Origin: Vicugna vicugna
Taxonomy: Eukaryota
NCBI GenBank assembly: GCA_013265495.1
Contig: MU058252.1
Span: 778,244-842,243 of the forward strand
Direction: 5' to 3'
DNA: 64,000 nucleotides
Of this stretch, positions 10,790 through 22,260 are shown piece after piece (the first letter of the stretch is position 1; each line of letters starts with the position of its first letter). The notes beneath the pieces are model-generated. The model ran no database searches, was not told where the DNA came from, and saw only the letters and a program-made list of their open reading frames with translations. The position numbers were made by a program, and so were the translations under genes.

Positions 10790-12769
10790 AGTTCGGGATA
10801 CAGGCTAAGGTGCTGAGTCAGGGTGCAGGGGATAGGCGGAGAATCTGGGATTTCTCTAGAGGTAGTGAAAAACCACACCAAGAACGTGGGTTTGGGAGTG
10901 TAGGTGCCTCGGTTCAATCCTTGACTTCAGCGTTCGCTAGCTCGGGAGCCTTTGGATAACTTTACACAGATTATCTCATTTGATCCTCATTTGATCATCT
11001 TGTGAGGTACCTTTCTATGGAAAAGAGGTGTGGGTGGAAAGGCACTGAAGGTTCAGAAACTTGAAGTTCCTTTCACCAGCGTATTCACATGCTCAAATCA
11101 CACCTGTCTTTTCAAAGAAACGCCCTTCTGCACTCTCCAGCTACAGCCCTTGCTCAAGTTCCCTCTGCACATCAAACTTCTTGATAAAGCTGTCCCCATC
11201 CTCCAGCCATACTCTGTCATCTCATACTCCCTCCGCCACCCTCTGCCAGACAGCTTCTGCCCCTCGCTGAGAGAAATCGGTGATCAAGACGCTTTCTTCA
11301 CAGAGATACGTTCAGCCTGTTATCCGTTTAGGTGACATCCTTCACACCAGCTCAGGTGAGGGAAAAAGATGACTGTGATGGAGTCTGCCTCCTGGTAGAG
11401 GCACTATTTGCAGATACTTGTGATAAACTGCAGCAAGCACCCCGACTCTGTGTGACACCAATATTTTAACCATGGCCTCTGCCAGGGGAAGGCAGGGTTG
11501 CTCCTCTAGGGTGGAAACTACAAGATGAATCCTAACGTGGCCACCCTTGTGATGGCAGATTTAACCACAAGAAGGGTAGACTCCAAGAGCCAAGACAGCA
11601 AAATAAATCCACCACTGGAAACTTACATGTTTTTAACCCCACATCTGCGTCTCTGTGATCTCATCACCGCTGAGTGCGTGGCCACGGGACTTGTGAACCT
11701 TTAGAAGCTGATCCCCCGTCTGTTAGGTCATGACCACGAGGGAAGAGGTGCCCCTCAAAGCTTGAGCTCAGGGTCCTGGCTCTGCGGGACTTAGCCCTTG
11801 CTGGGAGACTCTTGAGGGCAGGAACGATCTCAGCCATCTTTGTGTACTCAGCACCTAGTTCAGTGCCAGGCAAATGACAGGGTCTTAAGAAATAACAGGT
11901 AAAGGTATGATTTCCCTCCTAGATCCCAGGGGAGGTGACGGGCAGGGCATCTATCAAGCTTAAAAAAAATGTTGAGGTAAAAAGATCCAACATCCTCTCC
12001 TTGGAGCTCAGCTACCCTGGGGCACAAAGTAAGTGAGAATCCCACAGACCCAGGCCACTGCTCAGAAAAACGGGCCAAGCTCTCTGCCAAGCGCATCTCT
12101 CTTATCTGGGCCCTGCCTCTTTCTGCTTTTCGAGTTATGATTCCAACAGGGCAGGAACACAGGGAGGATGTCATTATAGCATCTTTTTTTGACAGCTAGG
12201 AGAATAGATATTCTCTGCCTGTCTCTTCAACACACAGGCAACTCTCGTCCAGGCTTCCACGCTCATGATAAAACCAAGCCCACTACACATCAGCTCTCTC
12301 TGCAGTCCCTACTCCGTGACCCAACGTGAATTTTTTCGAACTATTTAAAAAACATCTAATCTGTTGTGAGTAACAGATGATGAAATTGCTAGTTTGCCAT
12401 TCCTGGGTGGATAGTCTTAACATTGAGAACTTACTGGGTTGTAACTTGATATTTAAAATGTTTACAGGAATATAAAACCAAATGGGTGCATATGAAATCT
12501 TTAACTGCTCCTTAATGTCAAGTAATTTGAAATATTTTTAGATTTTTAAAGTGCTTTTCTCGCTTCGAAAGGGCTAATTGTTCCAAATAACAATTTTGAA
12601 AGATTGGTTAGTGACTTCCTTCTAAACATTCATACCAGGAAAACCAGGGATCTTAGAGATTGATTCAATGGCAAGACAATCTGTTTTTAAAAAGAACCCA
12701 AAGTTCGTGAGTTTATTATCATTTCTGAATCCACTGAGCTGTTTTCTCCCCACACATATGATGAAACAA

Positions 12770-13490
12770 GTATTAGTTATCTTTTGGTACATAACAGATC
12801 ATCCCAAAAGTTAGCGGCTTAAGACAACAATAACAGATCATCTTTTGGTACATAACAGATCATCCCAAAACTCAGCGGCTTAAGACAACAATAATACGTT
12901 ATCTGTGATGACTGAATTGTGTCCCGCCCCAGCAAATTCATATGTTGAAGTCCTAACCCCCGAAGGGACTATATTTGGAGATAGGACCTTTAAAGAAGTA
13001 ATTAAGGCTAAATGAAGTCATAAGGGTGGGGCTCTAATCCAACAGGACAGGTGTCTTTGTCAGAGGAGGAAGAGACACTAGGGACGTGTGTGCGTGGAGG
13101 AAAGGCCCTGTGAGGACAAAGCAGGACAGTGGCCACCTGCAGCCCAGCAGGGAGCCCTCAGGAGAAACCGAACCTACCAGCACCTCAAGCCTGGAATTCC
13201 AGCCTCCAGAACTGCAAGGAATAAGTTTCTGTTATTTAAGTCACCAGTCTGTGATGTTTTGTTTCAGCCGCCTGAGCAGACTAATACGTTGTATCTCATG
13301 GTTTCTGTGAGTCAGTTCAGCAGGGTGGTCCTGGTGCAGGAGCTCTCACTAGGTCCCCAGGTAGGTAGTGGTGGGGGCTGCGGTCTCATCTGAAGGCCTG
13401 ACTGGGGCTGGAGGATCCAGTTCCATGGTGGCTGGGACGCTGGTGATGGTTGTTTTGTTGGCTGGGGGCTTCTGTTCCTCTCTCCCTGGC
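12770..13490 (-). mobile_element. Older MaLR LTR (MLT1F/H-like), interrupted by a younger LTR
   Basis: tattagttatct...ataacagatcatcccaaaa...agcggcttaagacaacaa, resuming after the insert with tatctcatggtttctgtgagtcag...tcatctgaaggcctgactggggctggaggatcc. Confidence 0.7.
12904..13287 (+). mobile_element. MaLR solo LTR (MLT1A/B-like), nested
   Basis: tgaattgtgtccc...aattcatatgttgaagtcctaacccc...tttggagatagg...ccagcctccagaactg...tttaagtcaccagtctgtg...gactaatac. Confidence 0.85.
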
Positions 13491-13669
13491 CTAATGAGGC
13501 CTTTTTAATTCGGTCCCAACCAACCATCCTGAACTCTTTTTTTCAGTTTAGTTACATATTAAGTATGTCATAAAAAGAAATATAGCCCTTATTTTCACCC
13601 GTCAGAATTTTGGTATCATAAATTGCTAAAATAGAGTAGAGAAGTCCATGTATTAGAGGTTGTGGTGTA

Positions 13670-13887
13670 TAGTTGACCCTTAACAACGTGAGGGTTAGGG
13701 GTGCTGACCCTTCACACTAGAAAATCCAGTATAACTTACAGTCAGCGTGCCACAGACGTGGTTCCTCCATCTCTGTGGGTATGCAACCAACCTTGGATCA
13801 TGTAGTACTGTAGTATTTACTAGTGAAAAAAATCGGCATTTACGTGGACCTGTGCAGTTCCAACCTGTGTCGTTTAAGAGTCAACTG
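13670..13887 (+). mobile_element. Short Tigger1-derived MITE (Tigger1a-like, TcMar)
   Basis: TIRs (t)agttgaccctt...aagagtcaactg with flanking TA dinucleotides at 13668-13669 and 13888-13889. Confidence 0.85.
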
Positions 13888-13894
13888 TACTCCT

Positions 13895-14287
13895 CTGACC
13901 CCCTTTCAACAATGAAGGATTTCCCCCCAGCCGTTGGGAACCTGCCAAAGGACGATCCGAAGCTACCAGCTAGGACTGCCCTTGCTTGAAGAGAGCTGCC
14001 CTGCCCAAGGTCAAGCCCTCGCCAGGACAGCTGTCATCTAGTGACTGGTGATGATGGCATGAAGGCCTGGCTCCTTTGGCCCCATGTGGGACCACTGTGA
14101 GGGATGCCCTGTGGGTCTGCTGAGGACTTGGCTGAGACTGCACTGCACTGCAGCTCCTCCCTCTGCTCCCCCTGCCTCCTTCCCTTCTCCCTTAGGGATT
14201 GATCCTAACAGCCCTTCCTAATAAACATCCTGCACGCTAATCTCTGTCTTAGGTTCTTAATTTCTCAGGAAACATAAACTGCAGCAG
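13895..14287 (+). mobile_element. ERVL LTR (LTR16-like)
   Basis: gagagctgccctgcccaaggtca...ggctgagactgca...ccttcctaataaacatcctgcacgctaatctctgtct is the LTR16-type 3' part with its poly(A) signal. Confidence 0.7.
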
Positions 14288-14389
14288 CCTGCTTAACAGG
14301 AAGTCACTCTCGGAGAAGCTAACCGTCTAAATCAGACCCCTCAAGTATGGATAAGTGAGCCTCCGGGCTCTAGTTTGTTGTGTGTTCAA

Positions 14390-14903
14390 CTGAGACCCAG
14401 CTGCCGGACTCAAGTGACAAGACAGGAGGTAGACTTCAAAACCAGCCACGCCCTCCGCCTCTCCCTGCATCTGCACCTGCTGCAGCGTGACTGTCACTTG
14501 CACTTCCTTCTGTCGGCCACAGCAAGTTGTAAGTCCAACCCAGATCCAAGGGGAGAGGAAGCAGATTCTACCTGGGGTAGGGGGAGCTACAGAGCGCCAG
14601 TTCTGAGCCTGGCCCTCGGGAGGCCTTGAGTATATCTCCATGTCTCTTGGAACCCCGTCATTGTCATAAGACACACCCAGGCTGGCCGGCTGGAGGAGGA
14701 GAGACCACATGCAACAGAGACAAGCTGTTTGGCTCAGGCCATGCTGGTCCAGCCAGTCCCCAAGCAACCTGCTAAGTGACCACAGATGTATGAGTGAGCA
14801 TAGCCAAAGCCAGAAGAAGGTCCAACCCAAACTGCTGACCCACGGAATTGTGAGCTAAATAATTCGGGGAGGTTTGTTCTACAGCAATAGAAAAACTGAC
14901 ACA
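14390..14903. mobile_element. MaLR LTR fragments (MLT1 family) in opposite orientations
   Basis: ggccacagcaagt...ccagatccaaggggagagg (antisense piece), then gccagttctgagcctggccctc...ctgctgacccacggaattgtgagc...tttgttctacagcaatag...actgacaca (sense piece). Confidence 0.6.
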
Positions 14904-14904
14904 G

Positions 14905-15350
14905 TACCCAACCCTGTTGGCTACAGGAATCAAGCAGGCAAGAGAGGAGGAGAAGGGAGACTCCAGACTGCGGCGGGTGTCCTGGGTTCCCTGTCACTGG
15001 CTCTGGGACGCCAAGCTGCTGCAGCGGCTGCTGCTAATGGCCCAAACCTGCGACCTCCTTACAGGACTGTCTCTGGGTGACAGGTGCCACCCCAGCTGCA
15101 GGCGTGTCTCTCTCACTGGAGGTATCCCATAATGAATGGCTGCTCCGTAGGAAGGGACAAAAGCCCCGCTCCCTCGCCTTCAGGCAGAACAAATTCTGGT
15201 GCAGTTTATGCTCCAGAGCTCCGTTGTCAAAAGGCTGGAACTAAATCGCATCTGAAACCACACCCTTGCTTGGCTTCTTCCCTCCCCTTGCCCCTTACAG
15301 CTTTCCTCTGAGAGCACTCCATACTGAACAGACTTGTACCCAAACTCCCG
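14905..15350 (+). mobile_element. ERVL LTR (LTR16/LTR33-like) fragment
   Basis: ggatgacaattctg-like caaattctggtgcagtttatgctccagagctcc...accacacccttgcttggcttcttcc...gagagcactcc. Confidence 0.5.
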
Positions 15351-15489
15351 CTAGGAGCTCTGATTCAAGATGCAGGTCAAGAGTGCAATTCCTGGGAGAA
15401 AACGAGGGAGAAAACAAGTGGCTGGTGTGGAAAGGAAATCAGACCAGTACCATCATTCTTGTATTTTGGATCAGGTTTTCGACCCCACA

Positions 15490-16620
15490 CAAGGTGATTC
15501 TTCCACGGGTCCAAGACAAATGCCCCCACTTTGTGCTCCCACCTCCTAAGGAAACTCGTCCACTTCCTTTACAAGAACAAGTGTGCTGCCTGCTTTCCCC
15601 CTTCTATCTTTAACTACTCCCTTCTGACTAACTCTGTTCTCATTAGGGTTTAAATGGATTCCCCTCATGGGAAGAAATCATCACCTCGATTTTTCCAGCT
15701 AGAGCCCCATCTTCTCCCCTTCAGAGTCAGGATCCTTGAAAGAATTCTCTACACTAGAGATTCCACTTCTTTACCTCTGAATCATTCACCCCACGTTACA
15801 TGGCTTCTGCCTCTGACCGTGCCATTGAAAGTGTTCCCGCCAAGGTTACCGATGACCACAGTCCTTCCATCCCATGGCCAGTCTGCTGCGTGTGACATCA
15901 CCCATCACTCCCTCCGAACACGTGAAACACAATGAAACACAGTCTTTTTGCTTCTGTGATACTGGGTTTGCCTGGTTTTCCTCCTACTTTCCAGACAATG
16001 CAGAATCCTTTTCCTTTTTTTGTCCTTCAAATGCCCACGTTTTTCTAGCTCTCTTCTCATCTACCCTATGTTTTTCTGGATTATTTCATCTACTATCATG
16101 GTATAAATTACCATTTACATTCTGACAATTTTAAAACCTTAATTTCTAGCTCCAGACTCATATACCCAGTTGCCCCCTGGACACCTCCACCTGGTTACTC
16201 CCACGGGCACCTTACTGTATCACCTAAATACACACGTGTGTGCACTTAGGCACACCCCCTGCCGCCACTTGCACACACACAGCCTGTGCCCCTACCCCAG
16301 CAAATGCAAGTACCATCCATCCAGTTTCCCAGGGCAAACTCTTTAGAATCATTCTTGATTCTTCTCTTATTCTCCTTCCACGAATCAGTCACGACATCCC
16401 CAGTTCCTCACAATCCGACCTCTTACACAGCTCTTTACTTCTTCACACCAGTCTCCTTCTTTCCACCTTCAGCTGCCACCTGGCCCAGATCGCCTCACAC
16501 TGCATCTCATCAGAGCCCTGGTTGTGCCCAAATCCAATCTAATTTCCATGTCCTGCCAGAGGGATCACCCTAAAATGCAAAGCTGATTATTGCTCTCTGC
16601 TGTTGCAAAACACGTCCACT
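15490..16620 (+). mobile_element. L2 LINE fragment
   Basis: ccttgaaagaattctctacact...caaggttaccgatgacc...ctggttttcctcctac...tctagctccagactcatatacccagttgcc...ggatcaccctaaaatgcaaagctgat. Confidence 0.75.
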
Positions 16621-17532
16621 TCCTTCCTCCGGGATTGGCTTTTCCACCCATTAGACTGGCCTGGCTGTCTTCTCCCATAGTAACTACACAGGTTCCATCA
16701 AATTCCATTGTAATGTATTTACCTGCCTGTATCGTCAAAGAGACAAAAGCTCTTTCCTTTGTTCAATTATTATGAGCTATTTCTCAGAACCCTCCTATGC
16801 ATCATGTGCTGTTAATAAGTGGTGAACAGAACGAGTACTGACCCTGCCTCATGAGAGCCTCCACGCATTTATCATTCCATCAGCCTTTCCAAGCACAGGG
16901 TCCAGTACCCAGCAGTTGCTAAAAACTATTGGCTGGGTAAAGAAATGATAAAATGAGTGCTGTCTACTAAAGATTAGTTAGTTACCTTCATCCCCTTTCC
17001 AATTTTAGAATAAAATTTTATAAAAGTGATCTCCACGGTGAGTGTTTACAGAGAATGTCGTTTTATTCCAAAAGGCAGAGATAAATTATATCTAAATACT
17101 TTCAGGCTGATGGAAGCCTTTAAGCAACCCACATTCCTCTGTGAAGATTATGCTGGTGACCAGATGAATGAAATCGGCCAAGCTCTTAAGGACCTTAGCA
17201 CATAAAGACATTCAGTGGAATCCAATTATAAAGAAACACTTTATATGAACTTGAAGCTACCACCACGCCCTGCTGCCAAGGGCTGCTGGAAACAGAAGAG
17301 ACCTGGGCCAGACTACAGCTGCACAGGCTGGAACACCCTCTAAGGCAGCCCCTGGAGGCCTTGGGGGATAAAACTCACACGAGGGATTAAAGCCTGGTTT
17401 AATGTCCGCAGCCTGTGGGGACGCCGTCTCCCAATTTTGAAACATATTTCCAAATGTAAGTGGGGAGCCTCCAGTGAGCACTCTGATTTTCTGAAGCTCA
17501 AACTATATAAACACTGTAGTGTCAGCTGGATC

Positions 17533-17970
17533 ATTTTTTAAAATGTGGTAAAATATACATAAAATGGGTCATTTAAATCATTTTTAAGAGTACAATTCAG
17601 CGGTATTAAGTACATTCATTTTTTTTGTGCAACCATCACCACCATCATCTCCAGAACTTTTTTCATCTTCCCAAACTGAAACCCTGTCCCCGTTTAAGCA
17701 CTGACTTCCTGTTCCTCCTCATCCAGCCCCTGGTTTTTGTTTCTATGCAGCTGATAGCTCTAGGGACCTCATGTAAGTGGACTCATACAGCATTTGTCCT
17801 TTGGTGACCAAAGGGTTGGTGACCCTTTGGGTTATTTCACTGAGCAGAACATACTCAAGGTTCATTCATATTGTAGCATCTGTCAGGATTTCCTTCCTTT
17901 TTAAGGCTGAATAATATTCCATTGAGTGGAAAGACTACCTCATGTCTATCCACTCATGACATCTGGATCG
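17533..17970 (-). mobile_element. L1MB-type 3' end
   Basis: tgtggtaaaatatacat...tacaattcag...gtgcaaccatcaccaccatcatctccagaactttttcatcttcccaaactgaaac...ttccttcctttttaaggctgaataatattccattg. Confidence 0.9.
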
Positions 17971-19425
17971 TTGTTAAAATTTCACTCAGTTGTGCATGTG
18001 GAGTCACAGGCTCTGACCAGGGTGCGGGGTCTGGGCCCACCGCTGAGGATGGGGTACAGCCGAGAACATTTCCTCTCTGGCCCCAGAACCACCTCCGAGA
18101 GCCTGGAAGGACCCAGGCTTGCTGTCCTGGACAAGAGCTCATAGTTGTGTGGTATAAACAGGGAAGAACACCACTTTCTAGTCGCAACTGGGGAAAAGCT
18201 GAAAGTGGACCTAGAACATCTCTCTCATTTAAACTGGGAAAGGCTACAAGCTTGTCCTGAGCACAGAACTTCTGTGATCATGGAAAACCCTGCATCTGTG
18301 TCTCACTTCAAATGGTCTAAAGTTAAAATAACTATTTTCTCTTCACATCAGTGTCTCTTCTGAAATGGGGTTACTCTGCCAGTCATCCCTAGTCCATGAG
18401 AAGACCTGATCCATCCAAGCCTCTCTGCTGGGAACCTCCCTCATTGCTCCCCTCCTCAGTCCTCTCCCTGCTCCCACAGGGTCTGTGGGTCCCAGATCTC
18501 CCGGCCTGCTGGCCCCTCGGCAGGTCTGGCAGGAGGCTGGAGGGCGGGGAGAGGCCGAAACCAGGATTTCCATTCCTCTGCCTCCAATGGCATCTCTGGC
18601 CAGCGGCTCCAGCCCAGCAGACATGCGTGGTTCCACCTCCCCTCTGATGGGCTCCCGTATCCCTGCCTCCCCACACGCCCCTCCAGCCCTAGGGAAGGAG
18701 TGGCCTCCCGCTTTTGATAATCTTCAGGTGGCCTCATCATTTCTTTTTTGAATTTTTTTTTTTGGTTCCATTATCTCTATGACCAAGTCTCTTCGTTAAA
18801 TGCCCAGGAGAACAGAAATCTCTAGATCTTTTCTCATTCACACCCAAGAACACGGGTGACCTTCCTTCCAGGCCCAGGGACGGCTCCACATCTTGTCTAC
18901 TCACTGCCTCTTAGTGGTCCTCCTGCCTGGAGTCCATCTCTGTGTCTGCTGCCAGGTCCCCCCCCCCACCCCCAGAGACAAATGCCCACCGCGTACTCTT
19001 CCTTCCCCATGTACGTGTCACACTCCTTCCCACCCCAGTCCTGGCCAATTTTCTCTTCCAGAAGGCCCCCCACCCACCTCTCCCCTTACTGAAGCCCTAC
19101 CAATCCCGCAAGGCTTCCTTGCCCTTATCAGACTGCAGTGTTTCCCCCTTTCTACCCCCTGTAGTGCCGACTGTTTGTTTCACTCCCGAACCCCACCCAA
19201 CCTACTTTCTGCTTTCATTTAACTGTTTTATCTGAGTATTATTCTGTTCCCAGAGAGACTGTAAGCCCTAGAAGGTGGAGCAATACCTTGCATTTTACCC
19301 TTCAGCACTTAAAACAACACCCGCTAAGCCGACAGCCAACAAAATCATCATTGGATGAAGAGGGAGGATTGTCACAGTACATTCGCTGCATGACAAACAT
19401 CTTCTTTCTCCCCAAAGACAGGAAT

Positions 19426-19851
19426 TGCTCTGGTTGGATAGTGTCCCCTGCAAAGGCTATGTTGAGGTCCGAACCACTGAGACCTGTGAACGTGACCTTA
19501 TTTGGAAATCAGATCTTTGCAGATGGAATCAAGCTAAGATGAGGTTGTACTAGGTTTGGTTGGGCCCTAATCCTGTATGACTGGTGTTCTTCTAAGAAGT
19601 GGAAAATTTGGACACGTACAGAGGAAGACAACCAGCTGAAGATGGAGGCAGAGATTGGAGGGAAGCTGCCACAGACCAAGAAAAGCCTGGGGCTACCAGA
19701 AGCTGGGAGAGGCAAGGAAGGAGACTTCGGAGGGAACATGGTCTGGCCAAAACCCTAATGTCAAACTTCCAGCCTCCAGAGCCTTGAGATAAGGGCGTCC
19801 TGTTGTTTTTAAGCCCCCCAGTTTGTTACAGCAGCCCCACGGAACTAGTAC
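19426..19851 (+). mobile_element. MaLR solo LTR (MLT1C-like)
   Basis: gtgtcccc...cctgtgaacgtgaccttatttggaaatcagatctttgcagatg...gaagatggaggcagagattggag...ttccagcctccaga...tttgttacagcagcc. Confidence 0.85.
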
Positions 19852-21499
19852 TGCCACTGAATAAAACAGTTACATGCACAAGGGTAGACTTTAGTGATAT
19901 GGCTCTTACATCCTTGCTGAGCACAGGAGTAATACTGAGGTATGTGTAGTACTGACCTGAACCAGGCAGGCGGTGACACAGAGCCCACTGCACTCAAACA
20001 GAGGATGCTTATGTGCTGGTGCTAAACCAGCCTCCTCCATCCATCTTCATCAATCCCAGTCCTCTGAAGGACCAGAGACCCCTGTGTCACCATCCGTTTC
20101 TACTTTGAAAGGCTCACCTTTCCAGAATGCTTCCCAAGTCAAATGATGTCAAATCTTAAAAATCTAGAATAAAATGTCCATAAAAAATCCATTCCTTTTC
20201 TTTGCCTATGCTTTTTACATTAGTATCCCAAACAAGATAAACTCAAATAAAGCTTCTCATGATTTTTAAAAAGAAGCTGAGGAAGCAAAAGCTTTCCGGG
20301 CCGTGCTCCAGATGTTAGCAGTTATCACTTGATTTTGCTCACGGTGCCCTCACCACTTTCTGCTCAGTTTGTGATTTATGATAAAATATACCAAAAGCGT
20401 CCGGAGGGCATGGCCTTAGCATCAGCTGAATTCAAGCAGACTGCCGTCCCCCCCACGCCCGGCGGCCGGCCCCCAGGGGAAGGCCCAGACTTACGGATCT
20501 GGAGGGAGCGAGGTGTGTGGGCGAGGCTGGCGGAGGCCTGGCTGAACTCTGGAAGGAGGACGGGCAGAACCTCTGGCCTGTGTCCGGAGGGGAAGAGGAG
20601 GCATAGATGCGATTTTCCAGTCGCTCAGGCTCATGCTTGTAGGACTCGAGGGGAAACGTGTGCTGCTTGGCCACTTGGGTGGGTGTCGACGGAGAGGAAG
20701 ACAGGCCTGGAGTCGAGGAGGAAACCACAAGCGCTGTTAGAAGTCTGGCTGAGACGGAGGGAGGAAGAGAAAGGCACTTCTGTCTGCAGGTGCCAAAAAG
20801 CCCACCTGGCAAGACTCGAAGTGATTCAATTCTGGGACAAGCTTTTATAAAACTACTTCTAATCCCTTAGAATCAGCTGTGTCCAAAAATGCCCTCATCA
20901 TCCAACGTGAGCCGTGGGTGGAGCCCCTTGCTATGAGGGGCCTCCCGCAATTCAGAAGTTGTCGGGGGGGGGCAGGGGGAAGACTTCTTACGCACACACA
21001 TCAGACGCTGTTTTCCTCCATTTAGTCAGATCCCGTTTGATCTCCTCTCCTCCCCTACAAAGCACGGTGCCGAGAGCACACGGAGTGGAACCTGAGTTAC
21101 TCGAGATGAGACATAAGAAAGTGCACAGAGTGTCCAGCAGAGCTCAAGGTCAGTGTTGCAAAAGTCACATGACAACAGACACCAAGACAAGAGGCTATTA
21201 TTGTCAAAATGTGCTACGTAACGTCACCACGGTGGGATTGCAGGAGTGAGGAGTCACGTGGGGCTGAGGGATGCAGGAAGCTTCGGGGAGGAAGGGGCCT
21301 TGCAGAGTGAAGACTTAGGTGGATGGGAACCAGAAGGAGGCAGATGGGGAGTGGAGGCCAAAGAGTTTCCAGGAGGCTGGGGACATGAATCTGCCAGCAG
21401 TGGGAGCCTGCCCACTCCGCCCGGGTCTGTGCAATCCCGGGGCCCTGTCGCCAGTGGGTGGTCGTCACTCATACCTAGCTGATGACACCATCAGGTAAT

Positions 21500-22260
21500 T
21501 GTCAAGGGCAGAACTGTGTCTCCTAAAGAGACACGTTAAAGTCCTAACCCCTAGCACCTATGAATGGAACCTTATTTGGAAATAAGGTCTTTGCAGATGG
21601 GATCAAGCTAAGAAGGGCTGGGCGCTTAACCCCATGTGACTACTGTCTTTATAAGAGGAGGAGACACAGACAGACATACACAGAGGAGAAGGCCACGTGA
21701 TAACGGAAGCAGAGACTGGAACGATGTATCTATGAGCCAAGAAACGCCAAGCTCTGCTGGCAAGCATCAGAAGCTAGAAGACTGAAGGGAGGTGGTCAAA
21801 AGCACAAATTTCCAGTTAGAAGATACATAAGTACCAGGGATGTCATGAACAACACGATGGCTATAGTTAACACTGCCGTACAATATGCAGGGAAGTTGTT
21901 AAGAGAGTAACTCCTGAGTTCTCATTGTAAGAAGAGTTCTTTTCCTTTTCTTCTTTTTCTTGTTTCTACAGAGATGACAGGTGTTAGCTGAACCTCTGTG
22001 ATCATCACCTCTCAATGCATGCAAACCAAAGCATCACGCTGCCTGCCCTAAACTCACACAGCGATGCGTATCAATGATTTCTCAATAAAAGTGGGAAAAG
22101 GCGGGGGGAAGATGAGGAAGGATTCTATCCAGAAACTCAGAGGGAGCAGGGCCCTGCTAACGCCTTGGTTTCAGGCTTCCAGCCTCTGTAACTGTGACAG
22201 AATAAACTGTTGTTTCACGCCACTCCTGGTTTGTCATGGCGGACCCAGGGAACGAACACA
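21500..22260 (+). mobile_element. MaLR LTR (MLT1C-like), split by an L1 insertion
   Basis: The LTR 5' half runs to agaagctagaaga (about 21783). It resumes at gaagatgaggaaggattct (about 22110) and ends ggaacgaacaca. Confidence 0.8.
21784..22105 (+). mobile_element. L1 3'UTR fragment nested in the LTR
   Basis: ggtggtcaaaagcacaaatttccagtta...ctatagttaacactg...gttgttaagagagta...tctcaataaaagtgggaaaa. Same family as the copy at 58.7-59.2 kb. Confidence 0.8.
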
